Notes under the pieces: model-generated
Databases searched by the model: none
What the model was told of the DNA's origin: nothing
Seen by the model: only the letters and a program-made list of their open reading frames with translations
Source: a virus
Lineage: Duplodnaviria > Caudoviricetes
Virus record (IMG/VR): IMGVR_UViG_3300016471_000316
Coordinates: 1-58,012 of that record
Strand: one strand, 5' to 3'
Length of the DNA stretch: 58,012 bases
In this document: positions 8,948 to 18,800 of the stretch, in pieces
Layout: each line of letters opens with the position of its first letter
How positions within the stretch are numbered: the first letter of the stretch is position 1
Program-made: the position numbers and the translations under genes

Positions 8948-9355
8948 ATGAATAAGATTTACGCATCTGAATTCACGATCACCAAATCGAACGAGACAGG
9001 CTCCGTCGTCGCTGGATGGGCATCTGTCGTTTCCGACAATGGCGCGCCGATCACCGACCACCAGGGCGATATCATTGCCATTGACGAGATTCGGAAAGCC
9101 GCGCATAAATTCGTCAGTGACGCCCGTGTCGCGAAAGCGCAGCACTCTGGTGACCCTGTCGGAGAGGTCGTGGAGTCGGTCATAGTCGATGACGCGCTAG
9201 CGGCGAATCTGGGCATCTCCGATGGGAAGCGCGGCTGGTGGATCGTGATGAAAATCAACGATCCGAAGATCCAGGAACGCATTCGCGCTCGCGAATTGCG
9301 GGCTTTCTCAATCGGCGGCAAGGGCCGACGCACCAAAATCATCGGAGACAAATGA
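8948..9355 (+). CDS. XkdF-like prohead serine protease (S78-type)
   Basis: GWASV...D.QGD.I...EI.KAA..F, QH, VVES, GWW, FSIGG motifs. Confidence 0.9.
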   Translation: MNKIYASEFTITKSNETGSVVAGWASVVSDNGAPITDHQGDIIAIDEIRKAAHKFVSDARVAKAQHSGDPVGEVVESVIVDDALAANLGISDGKRGWWIVMKINDPKIQERIRARELRAFSIGGKGRRTKIIGDK

Positions 9356-10230
9356 TGGCGAGTCAGCTTTCGAACCTTGAGATCGATGAGATTTCTCTCG
9401 TCGATGAACCAGCCAACGAATCCGCGCGCGTCGTGATCGTGAAGGCGAAGGGCGGATTCAAGCCTTGTGCCGGGTGCGAATCGCCTGCCGTCTGTAAGAA
9501 GGCAGGGATGTGTGCCGAAAAGGCCGAAGACGAGAACGAAGACGAATACGGGATGAAGAAGTCCCGCACCGAACCCGCCGGTTCTGCGGGCGATCAGAGC
9601 GCCGACGCGCGCTCCAACGACGGAGACCATCAGATGGACATCGAGACGCTGTCCAAGGCTCTGGAGACCGCCGAGGCACGCCTCGATGATCTGCAGGGCA
9701 GGACCGAAACCGCCGAAACGAAACTCGCGGAGGCGGAAGAAATGCTGAAGGCGAAGAACGCCGAGATCGCTACGCTCCGCAAGTCGGCTGGCGTCGAGGA
9801 GGAGGAGGTGCTCAAGTCCCTCCCCGAGTCGATCCGCAAGCGGCTGGAGGCCAACGAGGCCGAAATCCGCAAGATGCGCGAGGAGCGCGAGACGCAGGAA
9901 GCCGTCGCCAAGGCGCGTGGCCTGGGTCTGAACGATCCGGAGAAGATCGGTCCCGTCCTGGCGCGCGTCACGAAAAGCGCCAAGGCCGAGGATGCCGCCG
10001 CTCTCGAAACGCTCCTGAAGTCGCTCGTCGCAGTCGGCAACGCCAACGTCCTGTTCCGGGCAATCGGGTCGGATCAAGCCGTCGACGGCGACCCCACGGA
10101 GATCCTGAAGGCGAAGGCCGAGGAAATCCGCAAGTCCAGGCCGACCCTGAGCGCCGAGGCGGCTTATGCCGCCGCCGTCGATCAGAACCCGGCTCTCTAC
10201 AACGCTTACATCGCCAAGCGGCGCGGCTGA
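9352..10230 (+). CDS. Capsid scaffolding protein with an N-terminal EISLVDxPAN protease strand
   Basis: ATGA overlap with the protease gene; LEIDEISLVDEPAN; long charged coiled coil; many hydrophobic-x-K-[SA] sites. Confidence 0.8.
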   Translation: MMASQLSNLEIDEISLVDEPANESARVVIVKAKGGFKPCAGCESPAVCKKAGMCAEKAEDENEDEYGMKKSRTEPAGSAGDQSADARSNDGDHQMDIETLSKALETAEARLDDLQGRTETAETKLAEAEEMLKAKNAEIATLRKSAGVEEEEVLKSLPESIRKRLEANEAEIRKMREERETQEAVAKARGLGLNDPEKIGPVLARVTKSAKAEDAAALETLLKSLVAVGNANVLFRAIGSDQAVDGDPTEILKAKAEEIRKSRPTLSAEAAYAAAVDQNPALYNAYIAKRRG

Positions 10231-10243
10231 GGAGGCCGAATCC

Positions 10244-10621
10244 ATGAGCAGCAAACTCGGAGTTCAGTCGCTGTCGCTCCTCGCGGCAGCGGATCTGTCC
10301 AGCAGCCGCTGGAGGTGCGTGACCGTCAATTCGTCGGGGCAGGCTGCGCTCGCCAACGCGACCGCGCTGACGGCTGGCATTCTCCAAAACAAGCCGACCA
10401 GCGGTCAGCCTGCGACCGTGTGCTATGCCGGAGTCAGCAAGGCTGTCGCAGGAGCCGCCGTGACCGCCGGATCGCGCGTGCGTTCGGACGCCAACGGAAA
10501 GGTCGTCGCGGCGACCGTCGCTGGCAACGCAGTCATCGGCATCGCTCTCGAAAGCGCGGGGGCTGACAACGACGTCATCTCCGTCCTCCTCACCCCGATG
10601 CCGTTCGCGGCTCTGGCCTGA
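10244..10621 (+). CDS. Capsid decoration/cement protein (DUF2190-like)
   Basis: GILQNKP..GQ.ATV...GVS...AGAAV.AG..V.SDANG..V.....GIALE; GGAGG SD; precedes the MCP gene. Confidence 0.8.
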   Translation: MSSKLGVQSLSLLAAADLSSSRWRCVTVNSSGQAALANATALTAGILQNKPTSGQPATVCYAGVSKAVAGAAVTAGSRVRSDANGKVVAATVAGNAVIGIALESAGADNDVISVLLTPMPFAALA

Positions 10622-10641
10622 TTTGAAGGGAACTCAGACCA

Positions 10642-11628
10642 ATGAATCCGACTCCCGGTGACGTCCATGTCAACCAGCCGCTGACGAATATCAGCATCGC
10701 GTTCCTGCAGAACGCGAACAACTTCGTCGCGTCCCGCGTCTTCCCCAACATCCCGGTCAGCAAGCAGTCCGACCGCTACTACGTCTATGATCGCGGCGAG
10801 TTCAACCGCGACGAGATGAAGGAGCGTGCGCCTGCGACCGAATCGGCTGGTGGCGGCTATTCGCTCGACAACACGCCGACGTACTTCGCCACCCAGTACT
10901 CGTTCCACCGGGACATCCCCGATCAGGTGCGAGCCAACGCCGACAGCGTCCTCAACCCGGATCGGGAGGCCACTGCCTACGTCACGCACAAGGCACTCAT
11001 CCGCCGCGAGAAGCTGTGGGCCGCGCGCTATTTCGTCGCCAGCGTCTGGACGACGGAATACACTGGAGTCGCCGCGACCCCGACCGGCTCGCAGCGTCTG
11101 CAGTGGAACGATGCGAACGCCAACCCCATCGAGGACGTTCGCGCGGGGAAGCGCACCATCGCGCAGTCGACAGGTTTCGAGCCGAACAAGCTCGTTCTCG
11201 GACGCGCGGTGTACGACGCTCTGCTCGACCATCCGGACATCATCGACCGGATCAAGTACGGGCAGACGGCGGGCGCTCCGGCCATGGCGGGTGCGGATTC
11301 GCTCGCGCGCCTGTTCAACGTCGACGAGATCCTGGTGATGAACGGGATCGAGAACACCGCGCAGGAAGGCCGCACGGCGGCGCACTCGTTCATCGGCGGC
11401 AAGCACGCGATGCTCTGCTACTCGACGCCCACTCCTGGCCTGATGACGCCGACGGCGGGCTATACGTTCTCCTGGACTGGCCTGCTCGGCAACGGTGCGG
11501 AAGGCAACCGCATCCGTTCGTTCCGACTGGAGCAGCTTCAGGCGGATCGGGTCGAGATCGACATGGCATTCGATCTGCGCCTCGTCAGTGCCGATCTCGG
11601 TGCCTTCTGGAACGGCATCATCGCGTGA
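10642..11628 (+). CDS. Major capsid protein (lambda gpE-like family)
   Basis: DVHVNQPLTNISIAF, FP.IPV.KQSD.Y, PNKLVLG..V...L..HP.I; strong codon bias; followed by a terminator. Confidence 0.9.
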   Translation: MNPTPGDVHVNQPLTNISIAFLQNANNFVASRVFPNIPVSKQSDRYYVYDRGEFNRDEMKERAPATESAGGGYSLDNTPTYFATQYSFHRDIPDQVRANADSVLNPDREATAYVTHKALIRREKLWAARYFVASVWTTEYTGVAATPTGSQRLQWNDANANPIEDVRAGKRTIAQSTGFEPNKLVLGRAVYDALLDHPDIIDRIKYGQTAGAPAMAGADSLARLFNVDEILVMNGIENTAQEGRTAAHSFIGGKHAMLCYSTPTPGLMTPTAGYTFSWTGLLGNGAEGNRIRSFRLEQLQADRVEIDMAFDLRLVSADLGAFWNGIIA

Positions 11629-11655
11629 CGCTGCCGATCTGGTACTGACTCTACC

Positions 11656-11690
11656 GGGCCGACGGAGCCACGCGCCCCGTCGGCCCTTTC
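11656..11690 (+). terminator. Rho-independent terminator after the MCP gene
   Basis: GGGCCGACGG/CCGTCGGCCC stem followed by TTT. Confidence 0.65.
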
Positions 11691-11707
11691 GCATGTGAGG
11701 CCGAAAG

Positions 11708-12070
11708 ATGAGCCGATTCCTGAGACAGCCATTCGCGCAGCAGGGGCCGTTCGTTGCCCTGCGTCCATTCCTGATGTCGGGCCGCGCGTACAAGCCCGGC
11801 GACGCGGTCCCGGTGGACAACGTGGAGCCGCGCCGCGTCCGTCAGATGTGGGACATGCGCGTGATCGAAAACGGCACTCCGAAGTCTGCCGCAACCACGG
11901 CTGCTGCCGCGCCTGCTGCAATGCCAGAAGCTGTCGCACCTGCTCCTGCTCCGGTGAAACCCCGTCTCAAGGTCGAGCATCGAGGCTTCGGACGCCACTA
12001 CGTCATCGCAGAAGACGGGGCCGAAACCGGACCTCTGTCGAAGGAAGCAGCCGACAAGCTCGCGGGATAA
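11708..12070 (+). CDS. Hypothetical virion protein after the MCP gene
   Basis: Position; Ala/Pro linker between two small domains. Confidence 0.7.
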   Translation: MSRFLRQPFAQQGPFVALRPFLMSGRAYKPGDAVPVDNVEPRRVRQMWDMRVIENGTPKSAATTAAAAPAAMPEAVAPAPAPVKPRLKVEHRGFGRHYVIAEDGAETGPLSKEAADKLAG

Positions 12071-12082
12071 GGAGACAGGTCG

Positions 12083-12643
12083 ATGCCTCTGATCGTCGAA
12101 GACGGCACAGGACTGGCGGATGCGGAGAGCTATCTCAGCCTAGAAGCCCTGAAGTCGTATGCAGACGCGCGCGGGCGCAGCTACGCAGGCAAGGCCGACA
12201 CCGCTCTGGAGAATGCGCTGCGGATCGCGACCAATTACGTCGATACGAAGTGGCGTTATAAGGGCGACCGCGCCACCGGCACTCAGGCACTGGAGTTTCC
12301 CCGGACGAGCCTGATCGACTGGTCAGGATACTCGATCACTGGCATCCCTGGCCGCTTAAAGAATGCGACCGCAGAACTCGCCCTGAAGTCGCTCACCGAC
12401 GACATCAACGCCGACCAGGATCGCGGCGGAAAGGTTGTCTCGGAGTCCGTCGGTTCTGTCTCGGTCTCATATGCCGCCGATGCGCCTGCCGGGCGCGTCT
12501 ATACGCTGGCGATGGGGTTCCTGCAGCCGTACATCCGCGATGGATCGGTCAAGGGATCGCCGCGCTTTGGCGGCGGGACGGAGGGCTATTTTGAGTTCGG
12601 CATGCACGATCATCCGTCCGAAGCGAATGGCCTGACGGAGTGA
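12083..12643 (+). CDS. Head-tail adaptor (DnaT-like phage family)
   Basis: M.LIVEDGTG...A.SY.S, Q.L.FPR, IP..LK.A..ELA motifs. Confidence 0.85.
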   Translation: MPLIVEDGTGLADAESYLSLEALKSYADARGRSYAGKADTALENALRIATNYVDTKWRYKGDRATGTQALEFPRTSLIDWSGYSITGIPGRLKNATAELALKSLTDDINADQDRGGKVVSESVGSVSVSYAADAPAGRVYTLAMGFLQPYIRDGSVKGSPRFGGGTEGYFEFGMHDHPSEANGLTE

Positions 12644-12647
12644 TCCG

Positions 12648-13016
12648 ATGGGCAAATACGACGCCATTTCGCAATCTGCCGCTGCGCTGATCGCGCGGAA
12701 GGGCAGTCCGATTACTCTGCGGCGGGTCTCGGGAGGTACGTTCAACCCCGTGACACAGGCGATCACAGGGGCCGCGACGACGACTGCCACATTGAACGGT
12801 GTCGTGCTGCCGGGTGGGCGCGGGGATGACTACCAGCCTGGGACGCTGCAGCGCGCGTCAGCGATCAAGATCATCTTCGCGCTCTCCAGGGCGTCGGTCG
12901 TTCCGCAACCGGGAGATGTCGTCTCCTGGAATGGCGTATCCTGGACGCTGCTCCGTGTCAGCGTGACGGATCCGGCTGGAGACGGCCCGATCATCGCTGA
13001 GTGCGAGGCCGAGTGA
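12648..13016 (+). CDS. Head closure / head-tail joining protein
   Basis: LI..KG..ITLRR..G.FNP.T and P.PGD motifs; synteny. Confidence 0.75.
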   Translation: MGKYDAISQSAAALIARKGSPITLRRVSGGTFNPVTQAITGAATTTATLNGVVLPGGRGDDYQPGTLQRASAIKIIFALSRASVVPQPGDVVSWNGVSWTLLRVSVTDPAGDGPIIAECEAE

Positions 13017-13429
13017 TGGCGAACGGCACCACCTTCAAGGCCGACATTTCGTCCTGGGTTTCGCAGGTCGGAGATCAGATGGATGCCCTGGCGCGTCAGG
13101 TTTGCCAGGAGGCAGCGCAGCGCGTCGTGCTGAATACTCCGGTCGATACAGGGTTTCTGCGCGGCTCTTGGCAACCATCGATTGGATCCTCGCCGTCCAG
13201 GTCAGACGATGGTGTGGACATCGGACTGGTTCTTTCCGGGATGCGAGCCGGAGAAAGCTTCTGGATGACCAACAACGCGGTGTATGCGATGAGGGTCGAG
13301 TTCGGTTTCGTAGGAGAAGACTCGCTGGGCCGATACTACAATCAGCCCGGTAGGTTCTACGTTACGAACACTGTGGCACGGTGGGAGCAAATCGTTGCTG
13401 ACACTGCCAAAGACTTAGGGATCGCCTGA
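13016..13429 (+). CDS. HK97 gp10-like tail completion protein
   Basis: TPVDTGFLRGSW and NNA.YA.R.E.G motifs. Confidence 0.85.
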   Translation: MANGTTFKADISSWVSQVGDQMDALARQVCQEAAQRVVLNTPVDTGFLRGSWQPSIGSSPSRSDDGVDIGLVLSGMRAGESFWMTNNAVYAMRVEFGFVGEDSLGRYYNQPGRFYVTNTVARWEQIVADTAKDLGIA

Positions 13430-13848
13430 TGCCAGCAACATCGATCCACACGGACGTCCGCGCTGCGTTCAGAACGCTGCTCCAGTCCGTCGCTGGCTTG
13501 CCGCAGGTCGCGTGGGAGGGTAGAAACTTCGCGCCGACGCGCGGCACCCCTTTTCTGTCCGAGACCGTGCAGCCTATTTCATCCATAGTGCGCGCGGTCG
13601 GGATCGGGGGTACAATCGCCCACACGGTCAACCTGACCGCCACCCTCCACTATCCTGCGGCTGCAGGAACGCTCACCATCGAGACGATGGCGGGCGCGAT
13701 CATGGAAGCCCTGCGACCTGGAGTTTCGCTGACTTACGGGACATCGAGTGCGATGATCCAGAGGGTCGAGCGGAACCCAGTCCAGCAGTCTCCCGATTGG
13801 ATCTCCGTGGCCGTGGTGGCAACGGCGGTCGCCTATTCGTCCAACTGA
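13429..13848 (+). CDS. Tail terminator protein
   Basis: VAWEG..F.P motif; position before the tail tube gene. Confidence 0.75.
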   Translation: MPATSIHTDVRAAFRTLLQSVAGLPQVAWEGRNFAPTRGTPFLSETVQPISSIVRAVGIGGTIAHTVNLTATLHYPAAAGTLTIETMAGAIMEALRPGVSLTYGTSSAMIQRVERNPVQQSPDWISVAVVATAVAYSSN

Positions 13849-13867
13849 CAGGCCATAGGAGGCCAGC

Positions 13868-15055
13868 ATGCCACTTCAGCCGAATGTGACTTCGAACATC
13901 GTCTTCGCCGCCGAGTCTGTCTTCGGGACGACTCCCGCCGTCGCTGGACAGCGTCTTCGCCGCGTCACCTCATCGCTTTCTGTGAGCAAGGACGCCATCG
14001 CGAGCAACGAGGTCCGCAGCGATCAGCAGGTCTTCGACGTCCGTCATGGTGTCCGTCGAGTGGGCGGCGCGATCCAGGGCGAACTGTCGACGCAGACCTG
14101 GGATGACTTCCTCGCGGCGGCGCTCCGTTCGTCCTGGGTCGCTGGAGTTTCGGTGTCGAACTCCACGCACACCAACGTATCGGTGGTCGGATCGACTTTC
14201 ACCGTCGGTGCGGGCTCTCTGATCACGGCGGGTTTCAAGGTCGGAGACATCATCCGCCTCAGCGGCTTCACGCACGCCAACGTCGGCAGGAACTTCAAAA
14301 TCACTGCTCTGACGACTACCGCAGCGACCGTTTTCCCCGCGCCCGCTGCCATGACCTCGCAGACGACCTTCACGATGGCGGTGACGGGGCGCAAGCTGAT
14401 CAACGGTGTCCTGACGCCGTCGTTCACCATCGAGCAGAACTACCCGGACATCGATGTCTCGGAACTGTTCAACGGATGCCGCGTGAACACGGTCGGACTA
14501 AGCATGAACCCGACCGGCATGGCCTCCATCAGTGCCGATTTCATCGGGCTGAATGGAACGCTCCTGAGCGGAGCAACTGCTCCGCAGTATGCCTCTCCGA
14601 CAGCCGAAACGACGACCGGGTTGCTCGCTGGCATCTCGGGATCGCTTCTGTTCGGCGGGTCGCAGTCGACGGTCATCACCTCGTTCGACATGTCGATCAG
14701 CAACAACCTCTCGGCTCAGCCGGTCGTCGGCGCGACGACGGTCCCCGAGATCTTCTACGGGCGAAACGTGGTCACGGGGAACATCAGCGCGTTCTTCGAA
14801 ACGACGGCGTTCCTGGATGCGTTCCTTCAGGAGACGGAAACGAGCGTGATGGTCACGCTGGAGGCGAGCGGTGCTGCGCCAGCCGAATTCCTCTCGATTG
14901 GCCTGCATCGAATCAAGCTGAACGGGCAATCGAAAAGCATCGGTCCCGATGGTGGCGTGATCGCATCGTTCCCGTTCCAGGCGCTCCTGCGGACCGGTGG
15001 CACGGGTACGGCATTCGATCAGTCCACGTGCGTGATCCAGCGCAGCAACGCCTGA
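13868..15055 (+). CDS. Major tail tube protein
   Basis: E..FGTTP, S.EVRSD, G.I.GELS, SFTIE motifs; no sheath gene present. Confidence 0.85.
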   Translation: MPLQPNVTSNIVFAAESVFGTTPAVAGQRLRRVTSSLSVSKDAIASNEVRSDQQVFDVRHGVRRVGGAIQGELSTQTWDDFLAAALRSSWVAGVSVSNSTHTNVSVVGSTFTVGAGSLITAGFKVGDIIRLSGFTHANVGRNFKITALTTTAATVFPAPAAMTSQTTFTMAVTGRKLINGVLTPSFTIEQNYPDIDVSELFNGCRVNTVGLSMNPTGMASISADFIGLNGTLLSGATAPQYASPTAETTTGLLAGISGSLLFGGSQSTVITSFDMSISNNLSAQPVVGATTVPEIFYGRNVVTGNISAFFETTAFLDAFLQETETSVMVTLEASGAAPAEFLSIGLHRIKLNGQSKSIGPDGGVIASFPFQALLRTGGTGTAFDQSTCVIQRSNA

Positions 15056-15067
15056 AGTCTTCAACCC

Positions 15068-15096
15068 GGCGCGCGCGGGAGACCGCGCGCGTCTTT
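15068..15096 (+). terminator. Stem-loop/terminator after the tail tube gene
   Basis: GCGCGCGG-GAGA-CCGCGCGC followed by TCTTT. Confidence 0.55.
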
Positions 15097-15116
15097 CGAA
15101 TGGAAAGGAAGCGCCT

Positions 15117-15557
15117 ATGGATTTCGAGTTCAATCTTCCCGATGTCGATACGCAACCGCTGTCGAACGCCGGAGTGTGGCTGGTGCTGAAGCGCGTCGAT
15201 GGAGCGCCGCTGATCGTCGACGGAAAGCTGGTCCGCGTTCTGCTGCTCGGCCAGGACAGCGAAGCCTATCGGCAGCGGTCGCGCGAGCATCTCCGCAATC
15301 GCCTGGAGAAGCGCGCGGCTAGTGGCGATGTGACACCCGGAGCGCAGGACATCGATCTGGTGGAGCGCGAAGGGCTCGAAATTCTCGCAGCCTGCACGGC
15401 TCGCTGGGAGCAGATCCAGGCGACGGACGGAACACCGATTCCCTGCTCCTTCGATGCCGCACTGGCTCTCTACCGCAAGTTCCCGGTGATCCGTGAGCAG
15501 GTCGACCGCTTCATCGCGACGCGGGCGAATTTTACGAACGCCTCGTTGCGGGGCTGA
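15117..15557 (+). CDS. Tail assembly chaperone (gpG-like)
   Basis: L.G.DS..YR, LA..T..W, LY...P.IREQVD.FI..RANF; lies between the tube and TMP genes. Confidence 0.85.
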   Translation: MDFEFNLPDVDTQPLSNAGVWLVLKRVDGAPLIVDGKLVRVLLLGQDSEAYRQRSREHLRNRLEKRAASGDVTPGAQDIDLVEREGLEILAACTARWEQIQATDGTPIPCSFDAALALYRKFPVIREQVDRFIATRANFTNASLRG

Positions 15558-15880
15558 AAGCCTATGCGCGGCATGTCGGCAAGCTGTCGCGGAGCGTTGG
15601 AAATGCGACGCTTGCCGACCACTTCGCGGCGGTCGCTCGTCAGCGAGGCGTTCCGGTCACCAAGCCACCGAGTATCCCTGACGGTGGTCAGCACATCTGG
15701 CGCGCGTTCCGCGAAATCGCGCGCGCCAGGGGGGGTAACGGGTTCGGGCCTAATCCACTGGCCTGGACGGAGATAGACGCATGGGCAAGGCTCACAGGTA
15801 CACGCCTGGAGCCGTGGGAAGTCAGAGCAATTCGCGAGATCGATGATGTGATCCTCGCAGAGTCGACCGGAGAAAACTGA
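15527..15880 (+). CDS. Tail chaperone -1 frameshift extension (gpT-like)
   Basis: The -1 frame is open from GAATTTT (15527-15533) to the TGA overlapping the TMP ATG. It encodes HIWRAFREIARARGGNGFGPNPLAWTEIDAWARLTG...PWEVRAI..ID and has no in-frame ATG. Missed by the ORF track. Confidence 0.8.
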   Translation, partial: EFYERLVAGLKAYARHVGKLSRSVGNATLADHFAAVARQRGVPVTKPPSIPDGGQHIWRAFREIARARGGNGFGPNPLAWTEIDAWARLTGTRLEPWEVRAIREIDDVILAESTGEN

Positions 15881-18800
15881 TGGCTGGCGAGAAGATCTTC
15901 GAACTCGGCTTCCGGATCGATACGTCGCCACTCGCGGTAACGCGGACTACGGCAGAAGCAGCCGCAGCCTCTGTCGAGAAGCTTGGGACCGCTGAAGAAA
16001 AACTCGCGTCGAGCGCAAGAGCACTGACTCCGGCGCTAGACGCGAGTGCGAAAGCACAGAAGGCATCTGCTGATGCCGCTGATGCATTGGCTGGTTCTGC
16101 CACAAAGGCTGCTCTGTCAGAAAACAAGCTCGCTGACGCGGCAACGAAAACGGTTCCTGCGGTCAATGCGTCGAAAGATGCGCTGAACTCAGGCGCTAAG
16201 TCTCAGCAGGAAGCTGCCAAGGCAACGGAAAGTCATGCAGAGGCGCTTTCGCGATTCGAGCGGCAGTTGGTTGCCGTCAACGCTGCCCAGAGACAATTTG
16301 AGGCTGCTCAGAAACAGATCGCAGCTGCTGTTGCGGCTGGTACTCTAAAGCAAGCAGAGGCCAATGCTCTGCTCGATGCTGCGACGGCACGATATCAGCA
16401 GGCAGTCCAAGCAGCGCGTGCCGCGCAGCAAGCACAACCGCCTCAGCCTGCAAGACCGGCTGCACCATCAGGCTCGCCTACGGCTTCTCTGCCGCAGACT
16501 GCTCAAGCCTCTGCGGCGGTGATGGGTGATGCGGCCTTGAAGGCGGCGCAATTTCAAGCGGCGCTTGACGGTCTGCAAGGAAAGATCACGCTGACGGCAG
16601 CGAACATCTCTCAACTCACCGCTGCGCTTTCGATGGGTGGTGCGGGTGGTGGATCTGGTCTCCTGAACGTGATGTCGGGTGTCGTCGGGACGCTGGGACG
16701 CTATGCGACCGTGCTTGGCCCGGTAGGGATGGCGACGGGCGTTGCTGCAACCGCTACGCTGTCTCTCGGCGGCGCGTATCTGGCCCTGAACAAGAGTCTC
16801 GGTGAAGTCACGGACAAATACGATCTGATGGCTGCACGCCTTCGGACGGCGCTTGGCTCGCAACTGGCTGCGAAAACTGCGCTCGATGAACTGAAGAAAG
16901 GGGCGGAAGAGACCGGACTTGGGTTTCAGACGTCGGCTGACGCTTTCCTCCGGTTCGCGCGAGCCAATACGGGTATCGGTGCCTCGCTTCCTGAGTTGCT
17001 GCAGTTCACCGAAACGATCCAGAAGCTGGGCGCTATCAGCGGCGCGTCTCTCGGAGAGACGCAGTCTGCTCTGATTCAGCTTGGGCAGGCGCTTCAGTCC
17101 GGTCGTCTGCAGGGAGACGAACTCCGTTCTATCAGTGAGAATGCGCCGTCGATTCTCAAGGCCATCGCAGATGGTTTGGGAAGAACCCAGGGTGAGATCA
17201 GGGCTATGGGCGCTTCTGGAGAACTGACAACGCGCCAGATTTTCGACGCGATCTTGAAGGCAACGGAGAGGACACGGAAGGAGTTTGAGGATCTGCCGAA
17301 CACCATCGAAAAGAATTCGATGCGTATCTCTGACGCATGGTCTCGGGTTCTCGATGGCATGGGAAAGCGGCTGCAGTCTTCAGCAGTGTATCAGTTCTTC
17401 CAGACAGGTATTCTTGGCTCCATCCAGCAAGCGGAAAAAGCTGTTGCACCTCCTTCTGTAGCAGTTCAGGTCAACGATGCGCTCCGTGCATCGCGTTCTG
17501 AGTTCATCCGTTTCGTTTCTCCTGATCCGCGTGAACGGGCTCGGTTCTCTGAAAACGTAGGGCTTGCGTCCGACATGACGCGCCCGGAATTCGAACGACA
17601 GGTCTTTGCTCGATACGTCGACAACCAGATCGAGCAGATGATCTCGGTCATGGAGAACGCTGAATCGAGTCCAATGGTTCGACGGTATCGCGAGGCGCAA
17701 CGCAGTTTTGCGGAGGCGCTTGTTTCGGCTCGCGCCGATACGGCTGCGACCGAATCCAAGATGGCAGAGAATGCGAGGCGCGCAACCGTTGACAGGGGCA
17801 TGGCAGCGGGTCGGGAATATGATGACTATCAGACGCGACTCACCAAGATTGCCGCTGCTCGCAAACTGATCGAAGAGGCCATCGCACAGGCTGAAGCGAT
17901 TGCGCGCGGAGAAATCGGATCGCGCGAAGAGCGCGATTACGCGCAAGCGGCGCTCGTCAACCTCGGGAGACAACTAAAAGCTCTTGAGCAGGATGCCAAA
18001 TCCTCTGCGCCAGAACTAGATCGCCTCGCGAACCGATTCCGCGATCTGCAAGAGGCGATGAAGCTTGGTGGAGGTGTGTCGGTCAATCTGATCACCGAGG
18101 CGCAAACTGCATTGCAGCAAGCGGAAGGCCGGATGGGAGGAGCCGGAACCGCCGGAACCTTGCCTCAGTTCATTCAGGCTCAAACGCGGCCTCGCGTCTT
18201 GCAGCTTGGAGAGCAAGAAGCCCAGGTGCGTCGTCAGATCGATCAGCAAGACGCTCTGACCGACGCGCAGCGTAAGGGGGCGGCTGCAATCCGAGAAGTC
18301 GAGGCGGCGCAGCGTGCTGCCAACACTGAACTCGAAATGCTTGGCGGGCCTGACTCTGTCCTGCGGCAGTATCCTGAACTGGTGAAAGCCGTTCGCGATC
18401 TTGTCGCAGCACAGAATGATCTGACTGCGGCCTCCGAACGAAGCGCGCAGGCGCAGCGCGAACAGGCTGATGCCGTCGCTCTTGCAGCAACGAGAGCGCA
18501 GATCGCTGCCGTCGGTATGGGTCCGACAGCGATGTCGCGCGCCGCTATGGAAGTCCGTGCGCGCGAGGCTGATCGCTCGGTAGGAGGTGGTGCTGGTACT
18601 CGTATGCGCCAGCAGTTTGAAGCAGAGCAACAACTGGAAGACGTCCAGCAGGCAACGCAGACAGGACGAGAAGCTGCTCAGGCCATTCGTGTTCTCGGAA
18701 TGAACCCGATGCAACGCGAGCGAGAGCAAACTCGGCAGCGCGTGATCGACGCGACGGAAAGAATGACCGATCCACGGCTGCGCCAGACCGTGGCGACTAA

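Noticed and set aside
8959-11820. Long antisense ORFs (8959..10254 and 10423..11820; similarly 19812..20993 and the 5' part of 36366..37928)
   Set aside because: These are expected by-products of high GC3 opposite well-supported genes.
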